A DNA stretch of 63,915 nucleotides, counting the filler, from Licmophora abbreviata (lineage: Eukaryota), in NCBI GenBank assembly GCA_900291995.1. It is 8 parts of 8 records of this genome, joined end to end, with 100 filler letters (N's around TTAATTAATTAA, not from the genome) between each part and the next. Parts side by side here need not be neighbours in the genome. Positions count along the whole stretch, not along the records: positions 1 to 31,279 come from OLMU01000063.1; positions 31,380 to 40,945 come from OLMU01000064.1; 6 more parts are not named here. One strand, written 5' to 3'. This document shows, one piece after another, positions 23,738 to 36,026 of the stretch. The translations under genes were made by a program, and so were the position numbers. Position 1 is the stretch's first letter. Each line of letters starts with the position of its first letter. The notes below the pieces were generated by a model. It did not search any database and was not told the DNA's origin. It saw only the letters and a list, made by a program, of their open reading frames with translations.

Positions 23738-25204
23738 TCAGGACAACACCAACGCCGCCAGTGTAGCAATACTCATCGCCAAGGTGAGTGGGAGGAGTTG
23801 CAATGCATGACTCACCATCTGCAATGGGCTATGCCCACCTCGGCTGAGCTCATCTTCGCGGGGATCGTAGACGAGGCCGTCGTGCTCATATTCGGCAGCC
23901 GAGAGTACGCCCGAGCTGGATGGATCGGGTCGTCCCCGGGGTGTCCACTTGAATGTTGAAGGAAGAATAACGGCGAGAGTTGTAGACGTTTCGGTTCGGT
24001 TGTCAAAAACGCCGGACAACAAACCAGTAGTTTCGCAACTTGTGCCGCCAAAGTACGTTTGCGTGGAGTTGGGACATAAATTACAAGCGTACTCTGAGCT
24101 AATCTGTCGACCAAACTGTCCAAATGTTCCGGGAGGACAGAGAATGGCGTCGCAACCAAACTGGCCCACCTCTCCAAGGAACCATCCGCTCTGGCCGCAC
24201 AACTCAGGAGGGACACTGTCGATGAAGTTGTTTTGAAGGAAAATGCGAATGGCGTCAAAGCGTGTCAAGGCCACCGGCACTGCGCCACTCAACGTGTTGT
24301 CATTGAGCTCCACAACCATGACCGGTGAGAAAGTGCTGTCGACGGAAGTGAGAAAGTTGTCTGGAATCGCTCCGGAGAATTGATTGTGGGCCAGATTCAG
24401 ATAGAGCAGTACCGGCGAAGTTGCAAACTCCAATAGATTTCCTGAAAGTTGCTGATTGTTCAGGGAGAGGGAATGGAGAGATGGGAGCGTCCCAATTGCG
24501 GTCGGTAAAGCGCCGCTGAGTTGGTTGAAGCTCAGCGACAAGAGATTCAACTTCACGAGAGATCCAAGCGACGCCGGTATAGGACCACTTAGCATGTTTT
24601 GCGACAGTACGAGTGCCTTTAAATTCGAAAGAGCACTGATGGTGGCTGGAATCTCTCCGCTGATAAGGTTGTATGACAAATCCAGCTGCCGCAGGCGTGT
24701 TAGCGTTAGTGCCTCGGTCGGAAAGGGTCCAGTGATGGATGCGCCGGACACGCCCAAGGACCGGAGCGATCCAGAGAAGGCAGTATCGATTCCTTCCAAT
24801 GAAGTCACGTCGCAGTCGGAGAGATACAAGCGCTCAAGAGGAGCTGTCAGTGTCAAGTCCAACATCGAGAGGTCGACGCTGACTTTCTCGTTTCCAGACA
24901 AATCAAGTACCACCAAGGACGGAATATAGAACACTTCAAGTGGCAACAGACAGTCCAAGTTGTTGCTTCGCAATTCGACCGTTCGTACGGAAGCGTCGTC
25001 GTCGTGGCATCGAATTCCTTCCCATGTACATACACTTTCTTCGTTGAGCCAATCGCGCTGGTCTTCCCACGATGGACCGTCGCATGTGGCAAAGAGAAGC
25101 TCCAGAATTTCGCGTTCCGTCGGCTGCCCAGACACACGTGTTAGGAAGAAAAAGAGGCGAAACGCTAAGAGGAAGCCTCCCATGCGGCGTCGTGAGTGAC
25201 TCAT
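23738..25204 (-). CDS. Secreted leucine-rich-repeat protein (plant-type LRR) with a Cys-rich segment and hydrophobic C-tail (TM or GPI signal)
   Basis: Signal peptide; LRRNT cap (W...CTWEGIRC); about 10 LxxLxLxxNxLSGxIP repeats; CDAILCPPGTF...C..C; C-terminus LLPLTLAMSIATLAALVLS. Confidence 0.9.
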   Translation of the reverse strand: MSHSRRRMGGFLLAFRLFFFLTRVSGQPTEREILELLFATCDGPSWEDQRDWLNEESVCTWEGIRCHDDDASVRTVELRSNNLDCLLPLEVFYIPSLVVLDLSGNEKVSVDLSMLDLTLTAPLERLYLSDCDVTSLEGIDTAFSGSLRSLGVSGASITGPFPTEALTLTRLRQLDLSYNLISGEIPATISALSNLKALVLSQNMLSGPIPASLGSLVKLNLLSLSFNQLSGALPTAIGTLPSLHSLSLNNQQLSGNLLEFATSPVLLYLNLAHNQFSGAIPDNFLTSVDSTFSPVMVVELNDNTLSGAVPVALTRFDAIRIFLQNNFIDSVPPELCGQSGWFLGEVGQFGCDAILCPPGTFGQFGRQISSEYACNLCPNSTQTYFGGTSCETTGLLSGVFDNRTETSTTLAVILPSTFKWTPRGRPDPSSSGVLSAAEYEHDGLVYDPREDELSRGGHSPLQMVSHALQLLPLTLAMSIATLAALVLS

Positions 25205-25920
25205 TATGGAGAGAGATGCACTTATTATATCTGGGGCTTTTCGATTGTAGCTTCTGATGCGATGAATGGTATGTTGAATGTGGTCCGTGGTACTCCGATG
25301 TCAAGCCGTCAACATGCAAGAATCGATCGGCGGGAGCGTGTTTGAGACCAAGATCGAAGGTGCCACTTGTCCTGCACTTGCTGAGAGCGCCAAGAATGCG
25401 ATAGATAGCGTCACGGAGGAGAAAAGTCAAACTGCAGCGACCGCTCTACCTTCGGATACCTTTTCTGTTCGTCTTTCCCGCTCGATCAAGAGAGAGAAGA
25501 TTGAAGACGCTTCGCGGTTGACTTTGACTCGTTCCATCGATTTGAATTTTATTTGACCTTCATCTCTGGATTAATAGTCAATGCAGAAGAAAAGCGACTC
25601 AAACGACTCATATGTATCATAACCCATTCCTGACAACCATCCGTCTCTGGAAATGCCAAAGTTCAAAGTTCGATGTGGCGTCGTGTGCTCCTGGCGACGG
25701 CACACCGCGCGAGCGAGCGACGTGAATACACCGCGTTCGATCCACTGTTCTATCGCCGACACCCACATCAACACAGCGCCTCAGCACTTCGATACCGAGT
25801 CTACTTTATTCGACCCGTGTTCTACTGAGCGTTTATTCTTTTCTTTGTTGAATTGAGATAGACCGTTCAAAAAGCGCATCCTGAAATCAATCGAGATTAG
25901 AAACAAAACAAATTGCCATC

Positions 25921-26478
25921 ATGTCGACACCGCCGCCCTTTCCTGATGCCGCTGCCGCCATTGCCGACTCCAAGATCCCTCCTGGTGATGATTACGAAGA
26001 GATCCGTGAGCAGGTAAGTATCCTTTGTACTGAACTGTCGCTAGCTGACAGCGTAGACGGGAAATTTGGTAGACTATGCTTGGCAGATATGAGGACTGCC
26101 AAGTTGACACTGGCTCACGCTGTCTTCCGAACCGTCCCCTCTATCTATATTTCTTTACAGGACCGTTACTTGCCCATTGCCAACATCGCTCGCATAATGA
26201 AAAACACATTGCCGGAAAACGCAAAAATTGCCAAGGACTCGAAAGAGACTGTCCAAGAGTGCGTGAGTGAGTTCATTTCGTTCATCACGTCGGAAGCCAG
26301 TGACAAGTGTCTTCAGGAAAAACGCAAAACGATCAACGGAGACGACTTGCTCTGGGCCATGTCGACCTTGGGATTCGACAAGTATGTAGAGCCCCTCAAA
26401 CTGTACCTGTCCAAGTATCGTGAAGCGGTTCGTGGTGACAAGCCAGAAAAGCCAGGTCGGGGAATGGGGGAGGCGTAG
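25921..26478 (+). CDS. NFYB: CCAAT-binding factor subunit B (NF-YB/HAP3)
   Basis: [18 protein letters not shown]...[29 protein letters not shown]...[14 protein letters not shown]. Intron 26014-26160. Confidence 0.96.
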   Translation: MSTPPPFPDAAAAIADSKIPPGDDYEEIREQVSILCTELSLADSVDGKFGRLCLADMRTAKLTLAHAVFRTVPSIYISLQDRYLPIANIARIMKNTLPENAKIAKDSKETVQECVSEFISFITSEASDKCLQEKRKTINGDDLLWAMSTLGFDKYVEPLKLYLSKYREAVRGDKPEKPGRGMGEA

Positions 26479-27087
26479 TATAGTCGAGACTAACCTTGGG
26501 AATGTAAACTTGATGTCACGAGGACAGGGGGCGACTCAGTAGGGTATTCCTGTCGTATAGTTCGCAAAAACACAAGAAGTATGACAAGCGCCGACGGGGT
26601 GAAGTTTATTTAGTGATGTTGCCGATGGAAATACGCTGTAGGAAGTCCCGTCACTGTTCTGTCAACTGCGATGTGTCCTTTGTAAATGTCATGATGCGGT
26701 GGACAGCTTCACCGACATCACGTTCTTGGAATCTAGTGTCTTCAGACTAATACAATCGACAAACTTCGTAGATCGGTGTAATGCTCCAATGACTGGTAAA
26801 TCAACTAATCTATCGGTATGCCATGGTCTCCCCGGTCGGTTCACGTAGATAGTGAACGAAAAAATTGTACCTGTGGTCCCCTGTAAATAGAAAGGAGGTT
26901 TCTTCCAAAGAGTGAGTGAGAGCAGTCGAGTCGAGACGCGCGGTTTGCCCTTCCCGCAAAAAAAATCGGCGCGATGTGAGAGGAGTTTCAATTTGATCGC
27001 GTCGCGACAAAAATTGACTTGCTTTGTCGATGCTACGTTTGACTAGTCAGCTATAATCCGCATATCCCTAGAGTCCGCTTGATTGAG

Positions 27088-29408
27088 ATGAATGCGTCGG
27101 GCGAGATGACGCCCAACGAAGCGTCCTTGGATTCTCCTCAAGAAGAGAAGAAGTGCGAGGTAGACGACAATGGCAGCTCAACCATGTTGACAACAATGAC
27201 AAAAGCCACAGCCAACACTGCTGCCTCCAATAGTGTCGACGATACGGAGAAACTGCGTTTACGGCAGACGTTAAAGAAGAAGAACGATACAAGCGAACCC
27301 GAACTTAAGAAACCGAAAACTACAAAGCGGGCGCCAAAAGAGACCAAAGTTGATTTTTCCTGGATATGCTGTGTCTGCCTAGAAGCTGAACATATTTCTG
27401 ACAAGGATGCCGATCTATTGCTCTGCGAAGGAAAGTGCAATCGTCCCTTTCACTATCCTTGTGCGGATCTTGCTCGGCTACCCAATGCTAATGAAAAATG
27501 GATCTGCGACGATTGTGAGAACGGCCGTCACCAGTGCGCTATCTGTCAAGAGTACGGGGAAGATGACGTCGACGTCTTTGTCTGTAGCAAGAAGGACTGC
27601 GGGCTCTTCTTTCATGAGTCTTGCCTCAGCATGCAGAACGTTGAGATCGACTTGCCGGATCCATCCTGCGACCATGTTCCTGCCAATCGCGCTCCAGTGT
27701 TCACGTGTCCAGCACATGCTTGCTGGACGTGCAATGAGGACTACATCCCGGATGACGAAGAAGCGGCAGAGGAAGAGAAGGTATCGTCGAAGAAAAAAAA
27801 ACGTGGTCGGAAAAAGCAGCGCAACAATTGTTTTCTGCCAAAAACAGAATCGCAGCTATATGTAAGTACGGCTGGGGCTTCATGCGATGAATCATGGCCT
27901 GATGCTCGATCTAACAACCGCTGTCTTGTGATTTACGGCAACAGCGATGTCTACATTGTCCCATTGCATATCACGTATCATGTATCCCTCCAGCTGCTCG
28001 ATTCCATGAGTTGGCTCTTCTCTGTCATGAACACTCCGCCAACCATAAGCTGCCGGATCTCGACTTGGAATCGTCGCTTCAGGGGGAAGTAGAAGCACAC
28101 TTCGAAGACAAGGTCGCCAAGATCAAGAAGCAGAGGGATTCGTGGAATGGGCGCCAGCCCAAGACAACTGACTTGGAAAACATGAATCCCTTTTTCCCGT
28201 GTGTCAGCAGCGATTGTCTCCCCGAGTCGGAGGAACTTTTTCTCGTTCATGCCGAGGAGATCCTCGTTGAACACAAGTATCGTCCGTTGGGAGCGACGTC
28301 ATTTTGTCTACCTTGCGACTTGAAGCAAGAAGTCCATTCCAAACCACCTTCGTATCGTCATGTTCATTCATTGCGTCATGATCCATCGAACAAACCAAAG
28401 CCGATCCCACCGACGAAAGATTCCTGCGACTGCAAGACGAAGGGGCGTACATCCTGTGGTGACGACTGTCTGAATCGCATGGTCATGATGGAATGCATCG
28501 GCGACAAGACTAAGTCGAACGGCGAGAAGAATCCTCATTGGAACTGTGACTTGGGGCCGTCCTGTGGGAATCGTCAACTGAGCCAGCGTGCAGCATCGAA
28601 GTGCAAACCTATGCGCGAGAAAGGCAAAGGTTGGGGTCTTGTCACGATCGGCGGTGTCAAGAAGGGAGGCTTGGTACAAGAGTACGTGGGAGAAATAATT
28701 GACGAGAAGACAAAGAAAGAGCGATTAGAAACATGGTCGCGCGAGCACCCCAACGATCCGAACTTCTACGTAATGCAGCTCGACACGGGGTGGTACATTG
28801 ACGCGCGCCACGAAGCCAACCTTAGTCGCTTCATCAACCACTCATGTGACCCGAACTGTCGCTTGACGCGTATGAAGGTCGGCGGGGGAATGCGAATTGG
28901 GATTTTTAGCCTCGCCGACCTTGCTCCTGGAGAGTTTCTTAGCTACGACTATCAGTTTGACACCAGTGACGGGGACAAGTTTCTTTGCCGGTGCGGGGCC
29001 GACAAGTGCAGAGGCACGATGAAAGGCGGCAAGGGCTCCTCTGACGTCGACGAGAACGAAAACAAGACGAAGAAAGAAGAGTGGGCCGAAGCAAAGGCCA
29101 ATCTGGAGCGCGACAGAAAGTTTCTTGAGGACGCCGCAAGTAGGGAACAAGGGGCGCGTTCTCAGGTGAGTTCGCTTGTTCCCGCGGCTGCTTACGATTC
29201 GGAAACGGTCGCCGCGGGAGCAAAGCGTTCTAGGGACGCAGCCGGTCCAAACGGCATCTTTCTGTGGCGCAGTGTTGCCTTGGGGGAGGACTTCTCGTCT
29301 CGGCATGGGTGCAAGAGGTCAAAGACAGTCAATGATGGGTCGAAGTTAACGGACCTCGCGACTGTAGACGTTTTGAGCCGGATGCAATCGGACAAAGCTA
29401 GCAAGTAG
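27088..29408 (+). CDS. NSD/ASH1-like histone lysine methyltransferase (PHD fingers + AWS + SET + post-SET), probably H3K36
   Basis: Tandem PHD-like Cys/His clusters; CGDDCLNR (AWS); KGWGL, EYVGEII, NLSRFINHSCDPN, LSYDYQF, CRCGADKCRG. Intron 27862-27944 joins the two ORFs. Confidence 0.92.
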
Positions 29409-29464
29409 GAACTTCATGTTGTGACTAAACCATGGTGACGTCTCAAATTATCTAAGATACCCCC

Positions 29465-30718
29465 TTACTCCGAATCCGAATCCTCCGTTAGCAAGGCTGC
29501 GAATTTGTTCGTGACTTTCTTTGTCGAGGTCTTGGTACCAGAGTCGCTCTGAAACCAGTGACAGGGCAGCAAGGCGAGATGAGCACGACAGAAGCACCTG
29601 GTAGACAGTATTTGTAAGTACGCAGTCACACGAGAAGGGCTTACCTCTTGAATCACGTGCGTAGGAATTGTCTTGGTAGCTGGTTTCTCTTCCACCGGCT
29701 TTGCGGGAGCATCTTCCTTTCCCTTGCTCCCACGAGAGCTGTCGCGACCAGACGACTGACGCCGACCGCGACCTTCCGCTCTGCCACGTCCACGTCCACC
29801 TCCTCTTCCACTGCGACCACCATCCGACGGCCGTCGTTCTCCATCACCACGTCCGCGCCCACCGTCCGACGGGCGCCGCTGATCCCACGCACCCTGTCGC
29901 GCTTTGCCTCCGCCAAATATGCTACTCTTGCTCGACGAATCGTTCGCATCGGTCTCGCCAGCTTCACGAGCTTTCGAGCGAGGCGCCAGCTTGAGGCTGG
30001 TCCGCGTTTTTCGTCCCTCGGAGCTTTCTGACGTGGTGCTTGACTGGCGTTGCATGCTGCCGCCTGGTTGGCGAGAGTGACGTCCTCCACGAAACTGCGA
30101 TCCGTCCACTTCTCCCCGGCTTGCGCCGCCGCCCCTCGAGTGCTGATGGCGATTGCCGTGAGATCCCCGGGGTGGTGGAGCGACATCCAGCTTGATAGTA
30201 CGACCCGAAAGAGAGGATCGACCATCGTTAAGTGACATGAGTAGTTTCAACTGATAAAGCAGGGTAAACGAGAGAGAGGGAGACAAGTCAGTGTTCCACG
30301 CCTACACTATCGTTCGATACGACGACTTATTGATCAGCAAACTTACATCATCCACAGTTTCGAATTCGACGTATCCAAAGCCCCTGGACTTGTTCTGCTG
30401 ACGATCCCAAGCGATACGGGACCCGACGATGCGAATATCTTGCTGCAATCGATCACGGACAAGATCGGTGATTGCCTCCGAGAGCTCGTTGCTATCGGCA
30501 ATGCAGAACGGCAAGTTACCGACATAGGCGGTAAAGGGTGGATCAGTGGGATAAGCGTACTCCTTGGGGGGAGGGGCGTCTATGGAGGCATCCTCTTCCT
30601 CGCCCAGCTCATCATTAGGAGTATCTTCGGGATGCACGGCTGCGCCCTGGTTAGCCTTGGCTGGATGGTAGCCCTCGTCTGATTCTTCGTCCGACGAAAT
30701 ATCTGCCCAGTTCTTCAT
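29465..30718 (-). CDS. eIF4B/eIF4H-like RRM translation factor
   Basis: MKNWAD..., PTDPPFTAYVGNLPF, KSRGFGYVEF, LKLAPRS, SIFGGGK, an RG-rich region and a C-terminal NKFAAL. Introns 30346-30251 and 29644-29549. Confidence 0.85.
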
Positions 30719-31279
30719 TTCTTTGGTAGTTTCTCCCTCACAGGCTTCTCTTCCGACTCCACACGAGACTTCAAAAACCGCAATACTAGCAGCGGCGTGT
30801 ACAACGGCGATGTATGCAAAGCAATGCAATGAATGATCAAGGTTCACGGCGACGGCGATGTGGTGCGAGGTCCATCACATCTCATCTTCAATCTCGCACG
30901 CGTTGATGGACAGGACACAAGATGTGGTTGGATGTAGCGTTCTACATGTTCAATACCACCGTAGTCTCTACACACATTTTGTACCAATTTGAAATTGGTG
31001 CGAGCTCCAATTGATTGATCCCTCGAGCTCGTAAATATATAGATGCCACCATAAACTTCCACGTGGAAAGATGATCATGATGCGTCCGGCTTCCATTCAT
31101 TCATCGGCGCGCCCAAGGACTTTGGTTTGGCTCTACCGGTATCGCCATGAGAAGATCAGTGCGCTCGCCATAATGATGTGGTTCTTCTAGCACAATCAGC
31201 CCGCATGTATGCATGCTGAGATGTTTCGAAAATACAGGCTCGATGGAGGTACGAGATTTGAGAAAGCGATTGGTGGACT

Positions 31280-31379
31280 NNNNNNNNNNNNNNNNNNNNN
31301 NNNNNNNNNNNNNNNNNNNNNNNTTAATTAATTAANNNNNNNNNNNNNNNNNNNNNNNNNNNNNNNNNNNNNNNNNNNN
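31280..31379. other. Assembly gap with six-frame stop linker (N44-TTAATTAATTAA-N44)
   Basis: Identical 100-nt spacer occurs seven times in the window; artificial. Confidence 0.97.
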
Positions 31380-31899
31380 TCTTTTGAGTTGCCGAGATAT
31401 CCGTGTGCCGAATATCGATCCAAAAAGGAACGTTTCTTATCGCACCATCTCGAGCAACATGATACCATTTTGGGATTTTAACCTTTCTGAATACAGAAAC
31501 GACCTAGTCAGTCGATGGCTATGCCATGACTTTATGCAAGCCAGAAGTCGAACTCACGCATCGCGATCTCAATTTTTCTCTGTCGTTGCGCTTTCGACAG
31601 GCCTGCCATGACATGAAAGTGAACGGACGTATAGGTGCGTTTCCAAATTCCTACTTTATTGTTTATCTCACAATCCAATCTTTCACTTGATGAGTCACCT
31701 TTTATGCATACAATATCTGACACCTCTAATGCTAGGCCAGCCTCGTATATCGCGGACGGTCGATGATCTGCCCATGTATGCTGATGAAAGAAAATACAGA
31801 ATTGCTCTGTATGCTAATTCGAACACATCTCATTGTTTCTCATGCTGCGCTGCTATACTCGTTTGTCTACAGGTGCTACCTTTTCGTCGAGGAAATGCA

Positions 31900-32791
31900 T
31901 CACACACTCTTGTTAGATAGTGTCCCATCAGCAGATTCCTGTGCATCCTTACTAGAACGCCATGTGACCCACAGCACTCCAACGAAGCTCCCAATGATCC
32001 ATCCAATCGTACTGGACAGTAGCAAGGACACTGGCCACCGCTGCACTTGAAATCCTCGGTCCAGAATTAGCAAAAGCTGGAACGGAATCATGGTCAGCAG
32101 TGTCCCGTAGATGCGACTGACTGATAGGATGAAATCTCGTCGGGAGCATAACATTGTAGGTTCAGATGGCATAGTAGAAGGTTCTTTTCTCCATAGCAGA
32201 ATTCTTTGTAGTTGCCGCCAGGAATCTTGATCTTTCTCCGAACAAGGCGGGATCGACCACAACAAGAGCGCGGCCACGTACAGGCATGTGAGTGTCGTCC
32301 GTTGAAAATTCCGAATGGGGTGAGCACCGCACGTTATGACTGCCACTATCAGTATGAAAGTCGTCAGTATGAGAGACCGAATGTGCTTGACGAGTGTCAT
32401 AGGCTCCCACCACGATATCGACGAGATTGTGGCAAACAAGACGGTCGCACCAACAATCACTGAGAGACGATTTAGAGGATACGGCGTTGCGATAATTTCG
32501 GTTGGATCCAAGTGAGCCTATGTGTATGATATAGAAAAAACGCGTTAGATCAGACAAGGAGGATACGATCCGACAGCGTAGTACGTGGCCCACATCGCAC
32601 TCGTCGCCGCACCACAGACGACTATCTAGACTACAGAGCATCCGTACCATTTCGATGGCCCATGTCTCCAATGGAGCCAAGAATGCGTATTGCATCCATC
32701 CATATAAGCATACACTACATATACAAGACTGTAGGAGCAGAGACAGGGACGATGTGGGTCTTCCAGGCACAAAACCAATCGCGGCCATCAT
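31900..32791 (-). CDS. PIG-F/GPI11-like GPI-biosynthesis membrane protein (divergent)
   Basis: Multi-TM protein with CGAHP...TTLTCLYVAALL and GTLL...LILDRGFQVQRWP...GWIIG (compare PIG-F GAP and LDWDRPWQxWP). Intron 32647-32518. Confidence 0.7.
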
Positions 32792-33084
32792 CGTCGTCGT
32801 CACACATCACCGTAAGAAAGATTTTGGGCTCAACTTTTTCGCATCCGTTCATCGTGCGACCTCTTTCTCTTTTTTATCAATCGGCGATGGAGCTCGAGAT
32901 GTATTGACTGGGTTCTATCTGAAGGACATATTTTCTCGTATCATACATATCAAAATGAATACTTCATAATGGCGCCGCGACGGCGCTTCGCTCGGTTCAT
33001 AGTCCGACCGCCTCGACCATGGGAATCGCGGCGGCAGCAACGGCAGTGTCTTTGTAGCTTGTTCTTCCATCTCTCCCTCCAAAC

Positions 33085-34926
33085 ATGCCATCGTTGGCCC
33101 TATGGAAGCGCGCAGCACTGGTAGCACCGCTACTATTTGCGCTGTATCTCTTGGCAGACGACAATGACGACACAGACAACAACATCAGCAGCACACACCA
33201 CCACTTGGCCGTGTTCACAGCGTTGCACCGTCATGCTCCAAGCCGACGCGTATATCGCGCTTTATCAGAGCTGACATTACTATTTGGAGGTGTTGCGGCA
33301 GCATTGTACATATGGTCCAAGACGGTCGGAAATGCAGTAGTGGGAGTGTTGTTGTTTCGACCGGCTGATGACGATGAGACAGACCTGCGCACAGGGTCGT
33401 CATATCAGCCGGTAGCAGCTTCGGATAGCGAAGACGACGAGGGGGGAAGCTGAGCAGGAGATGTCCCTGTCGCAGGTCTTGTCTGAAGAGGAGGCGCACG
33501 ACGCCTACTACGACAGCGACGGCGAGATCCCCGCACCTCACTACTCATCCGTATCAGAAATACCTCTGCCACCTTCTGTGCGCGACGCCGTCGGCGCCGC
33601 CCTGGATTCGCTCTTGCTGATACTACTATCGCTCTTTTGCTTTACGCTTAGTAGTGCTGAGGGTGGGCGGTACATTGAGGGCATGCCGGACGATTCCTGG
33701 TTCCAATCCATATCACGCGTCGCGGCCCCTGTGTTTCCACTTGTATTGTTTGTTGCTGCGGTCTTGCATACCCTACTTCCGTGGAAGAGGCGCAAAGGCT
33801 TCTGGAAGATCATCTCGTACACAGTTGGAGCTCCTTTGTACAATGTAACGTTTCGGTGAGTAGCAGGTTTTGTCGCGCGAGGTGAAAATCATTGGTCGGT
33901 CGTTTCTTACATACTATATGGCGGTCATGGCTCTCCTGCACCCACAACAGCGATGGATTCATTGGAGATATATTCACGTCTACGGTCCGTCCCATGCAAG
34001 ATATAGCATTTACAACGTTCTACATCCTCTCTGGACTCCGTGGCTGGTGGACACAATCGTACAACCTTGACGACGCTGCCATGCCATTGGAAAGTTCGTG
34101 GTTGCTGCATACTACAATTCTACCCGCCTGTATGGTATCGCCCCTGTGGTGGCGCTTCTTGCAGAATTTGCGACAATCCTATGAAACCAAGCAACGATGG
34201 CCGTACTTGGGCAACGCTGCCAAGTACTTTGTAGCCGCCCAGGTCGCCATGTTTGGAGTCTTCGATCCAACCAAGAAGGAGACGTACTGGTGGATATGTT
34301 GTTTTGTCGGAGCGACAATGTACCAGATATGGTGGGATGTCTTTATGGACTGGGACCTTATTCACTTTCAGGCGAATGGCATACCTAGACTACGTGCGAT
34401 GCGGCTGTATCCATCAAAATCTATGTATTGGACTATTCTATGCATCAACTTTGTCCTGCGCTTTGGCTGGACACTAAGCTTTCTCCCGACTCTCTATCTC
34501 GACCGCTCCGGGATCCTGAGCAGATCATTTCAGGGGGACTTTACGTCCGTGATTGGGCCCATTATTGCATCGGCAGAAATCGTACGACGAACACTTTGGG
34601 GACTGTTGCGACTTGAGTGGGAGGCCATTCAGAATTGTCGAGAAGACAAGACCGTACAATCCCAACTACATCGGTGTTCAGACATTCATGTGGTCGACAG
34701 CGAAGTGGAACTGCGGCCATTGTCCCAAACCCAGCCCATCGAGAGATCGCCGACAGTACCGGCTCTTGTCTCGACGGTAGTCTCATTCTCTCCGTCTCTA
34801 CCGTTTGAGCTTCGAAGCGACATGTCTGCTCGAACTGACCTGGAAATACTGGGCGAGCTCTGTCTGTGGGCTACCGCCTTTGCGACCTTGGGAATTGTTG
34901 CTGCATATCACCGGGAGACGATGTAA
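33085..34926 (+). CDS. EXS-domain membrane protein (ERD1/XPR1/SYG1 family) without an SPX domain
   Basis: VTFR|DGFIGDIFTS, PLWWRFLQNLRQ, YLGNAAKY, WWDVFMDWDL, LRFGW, EIVRRTLWGLLRLEWE. Intron 33856-33950. Apparent 1-nt frameshift in the G6 run at 33441-33446. Confidence 0.88.
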
Positions 34927-35213
34927 GTAGACTGTTGCTGTATATCTAGCTAGTGTAGCCGTTGTCACGATAGACTTCTTATACGGTAGATTCCTAGAAC
35001 ACGTCGTAGTAGAGTGACTGGAATGGCCGCATGTTTTGAATGTCGGAGGAGTCCGTACTCGAGCACGACTCGACTCATTCGACCATTTCCAATCGTGCTA
35101 TTTCATTCTTGCCAATATTTCATTCTTGCAGCGGCGTTGCAGAGCTGACCCGCGTTGATCGTTGATGTCGTTGATGCACACTTCTCCATCAATAGTATAC
35201 CATTCGAACAACA

Positions 35214-35723
35214 ATGGCTAATCCTGAACTCCTTACTGGCCTCGGTGCCGCCCTATCCATCTTTCTGACGAGTGCTGGCTCGGCTGTGGCTTCTGTTCAG
35301 GGAGGCAAGTACGCTGTCAAGGGGAGCGGCATCTTGTCGTTTGCCCCGATTGTCATCGCTGGAGTCTTGGCAATTTATGGTATTATTATCGCTGTGATTC
35401 TCGCCGGAAAACTTTCTCAAGACAACGACAAACTTGACGAGGCGAGCGGATACAAACACTTATCGGCCGGCCTTGCAGTGGGCCTCGCCTGTTTGGCAAG
35501 CGGATTCGGAATGGCGTCCTTTTTGAAGGAGGCCTTGACGCTTGAGCATGGCAGTGGTGAAGGAGTGGCTAGTACCACCATGACAGAGCCTTTACTCTCT
35601 GAACGCGGCAGTTCTGGCAACAAGCAAGTTGCTGTGACGTCGTGGCGCTTCTTGATGGTCCTTGTATTCCTCGAAGCGATCGGACTCTACGGATTGATCG
35701 TCGCCTTGTGCCTCAGCTCGTAG
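35214..35723 (+). CDS. V-type ATPase V0 proteolipid (subunit c-like), divergent
   Basis: Four TM helices; PIVIAGVLAIYGIIIAV, GYKHLSAGLAVGLACLASG and FLEAIGLYGLIVAL with the conserved TM4 Glu. Intronless. Confidence 0.9.
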   Translation: MANPELLTGLGAALSIFLTSAGSAVASVQGGKYAVKGSGILSFAPIVIAGVLAIYGIIIAVILAGKLSQDNDKLDEASGYKHLSAGLAVGLACLASGFGMASFLKEALTLEHGSGEGVASTTMTEPLLSERGSSGNKQVAVTSWRFLMVLVFLEAIGLYGLIVALCLSS

Positions 35724-36026
35724 TCGCAAAGTGGATCGACAAACAAGAGTGTGATACATGAGTTGTAGCCATTGGAGACAGTCGTTTATCCGATGTTGCG
35801 TATTCGTCAATTCTAGAACACATATTGCGAAACGAAAGAGTTCTTCCAGAACAGTACCAACATGATATGTTGTCGTCCGTACACTTTCAAGCAATCCGAT
35901 ACTGTAGTAGAGTGTGGTAGAGCAACAGCGCGAAAAACAGTTAAAACACCACGAAACATACTTATTTGAACATCTTCCTATCATTAAGACTTGATTCGCA
36001 AGGCACAGTTAGAAAGATGGCCGCGA

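Noticed and set aside
31324..31335. TTAATTAATTAA repeated seven times as a possible biological repeat, CRISPR-like array or transposon target
   Set aside because: It is always centred in exactly 44+44 Ns and gives stops in all six frames: an artificial scaffolding linker.
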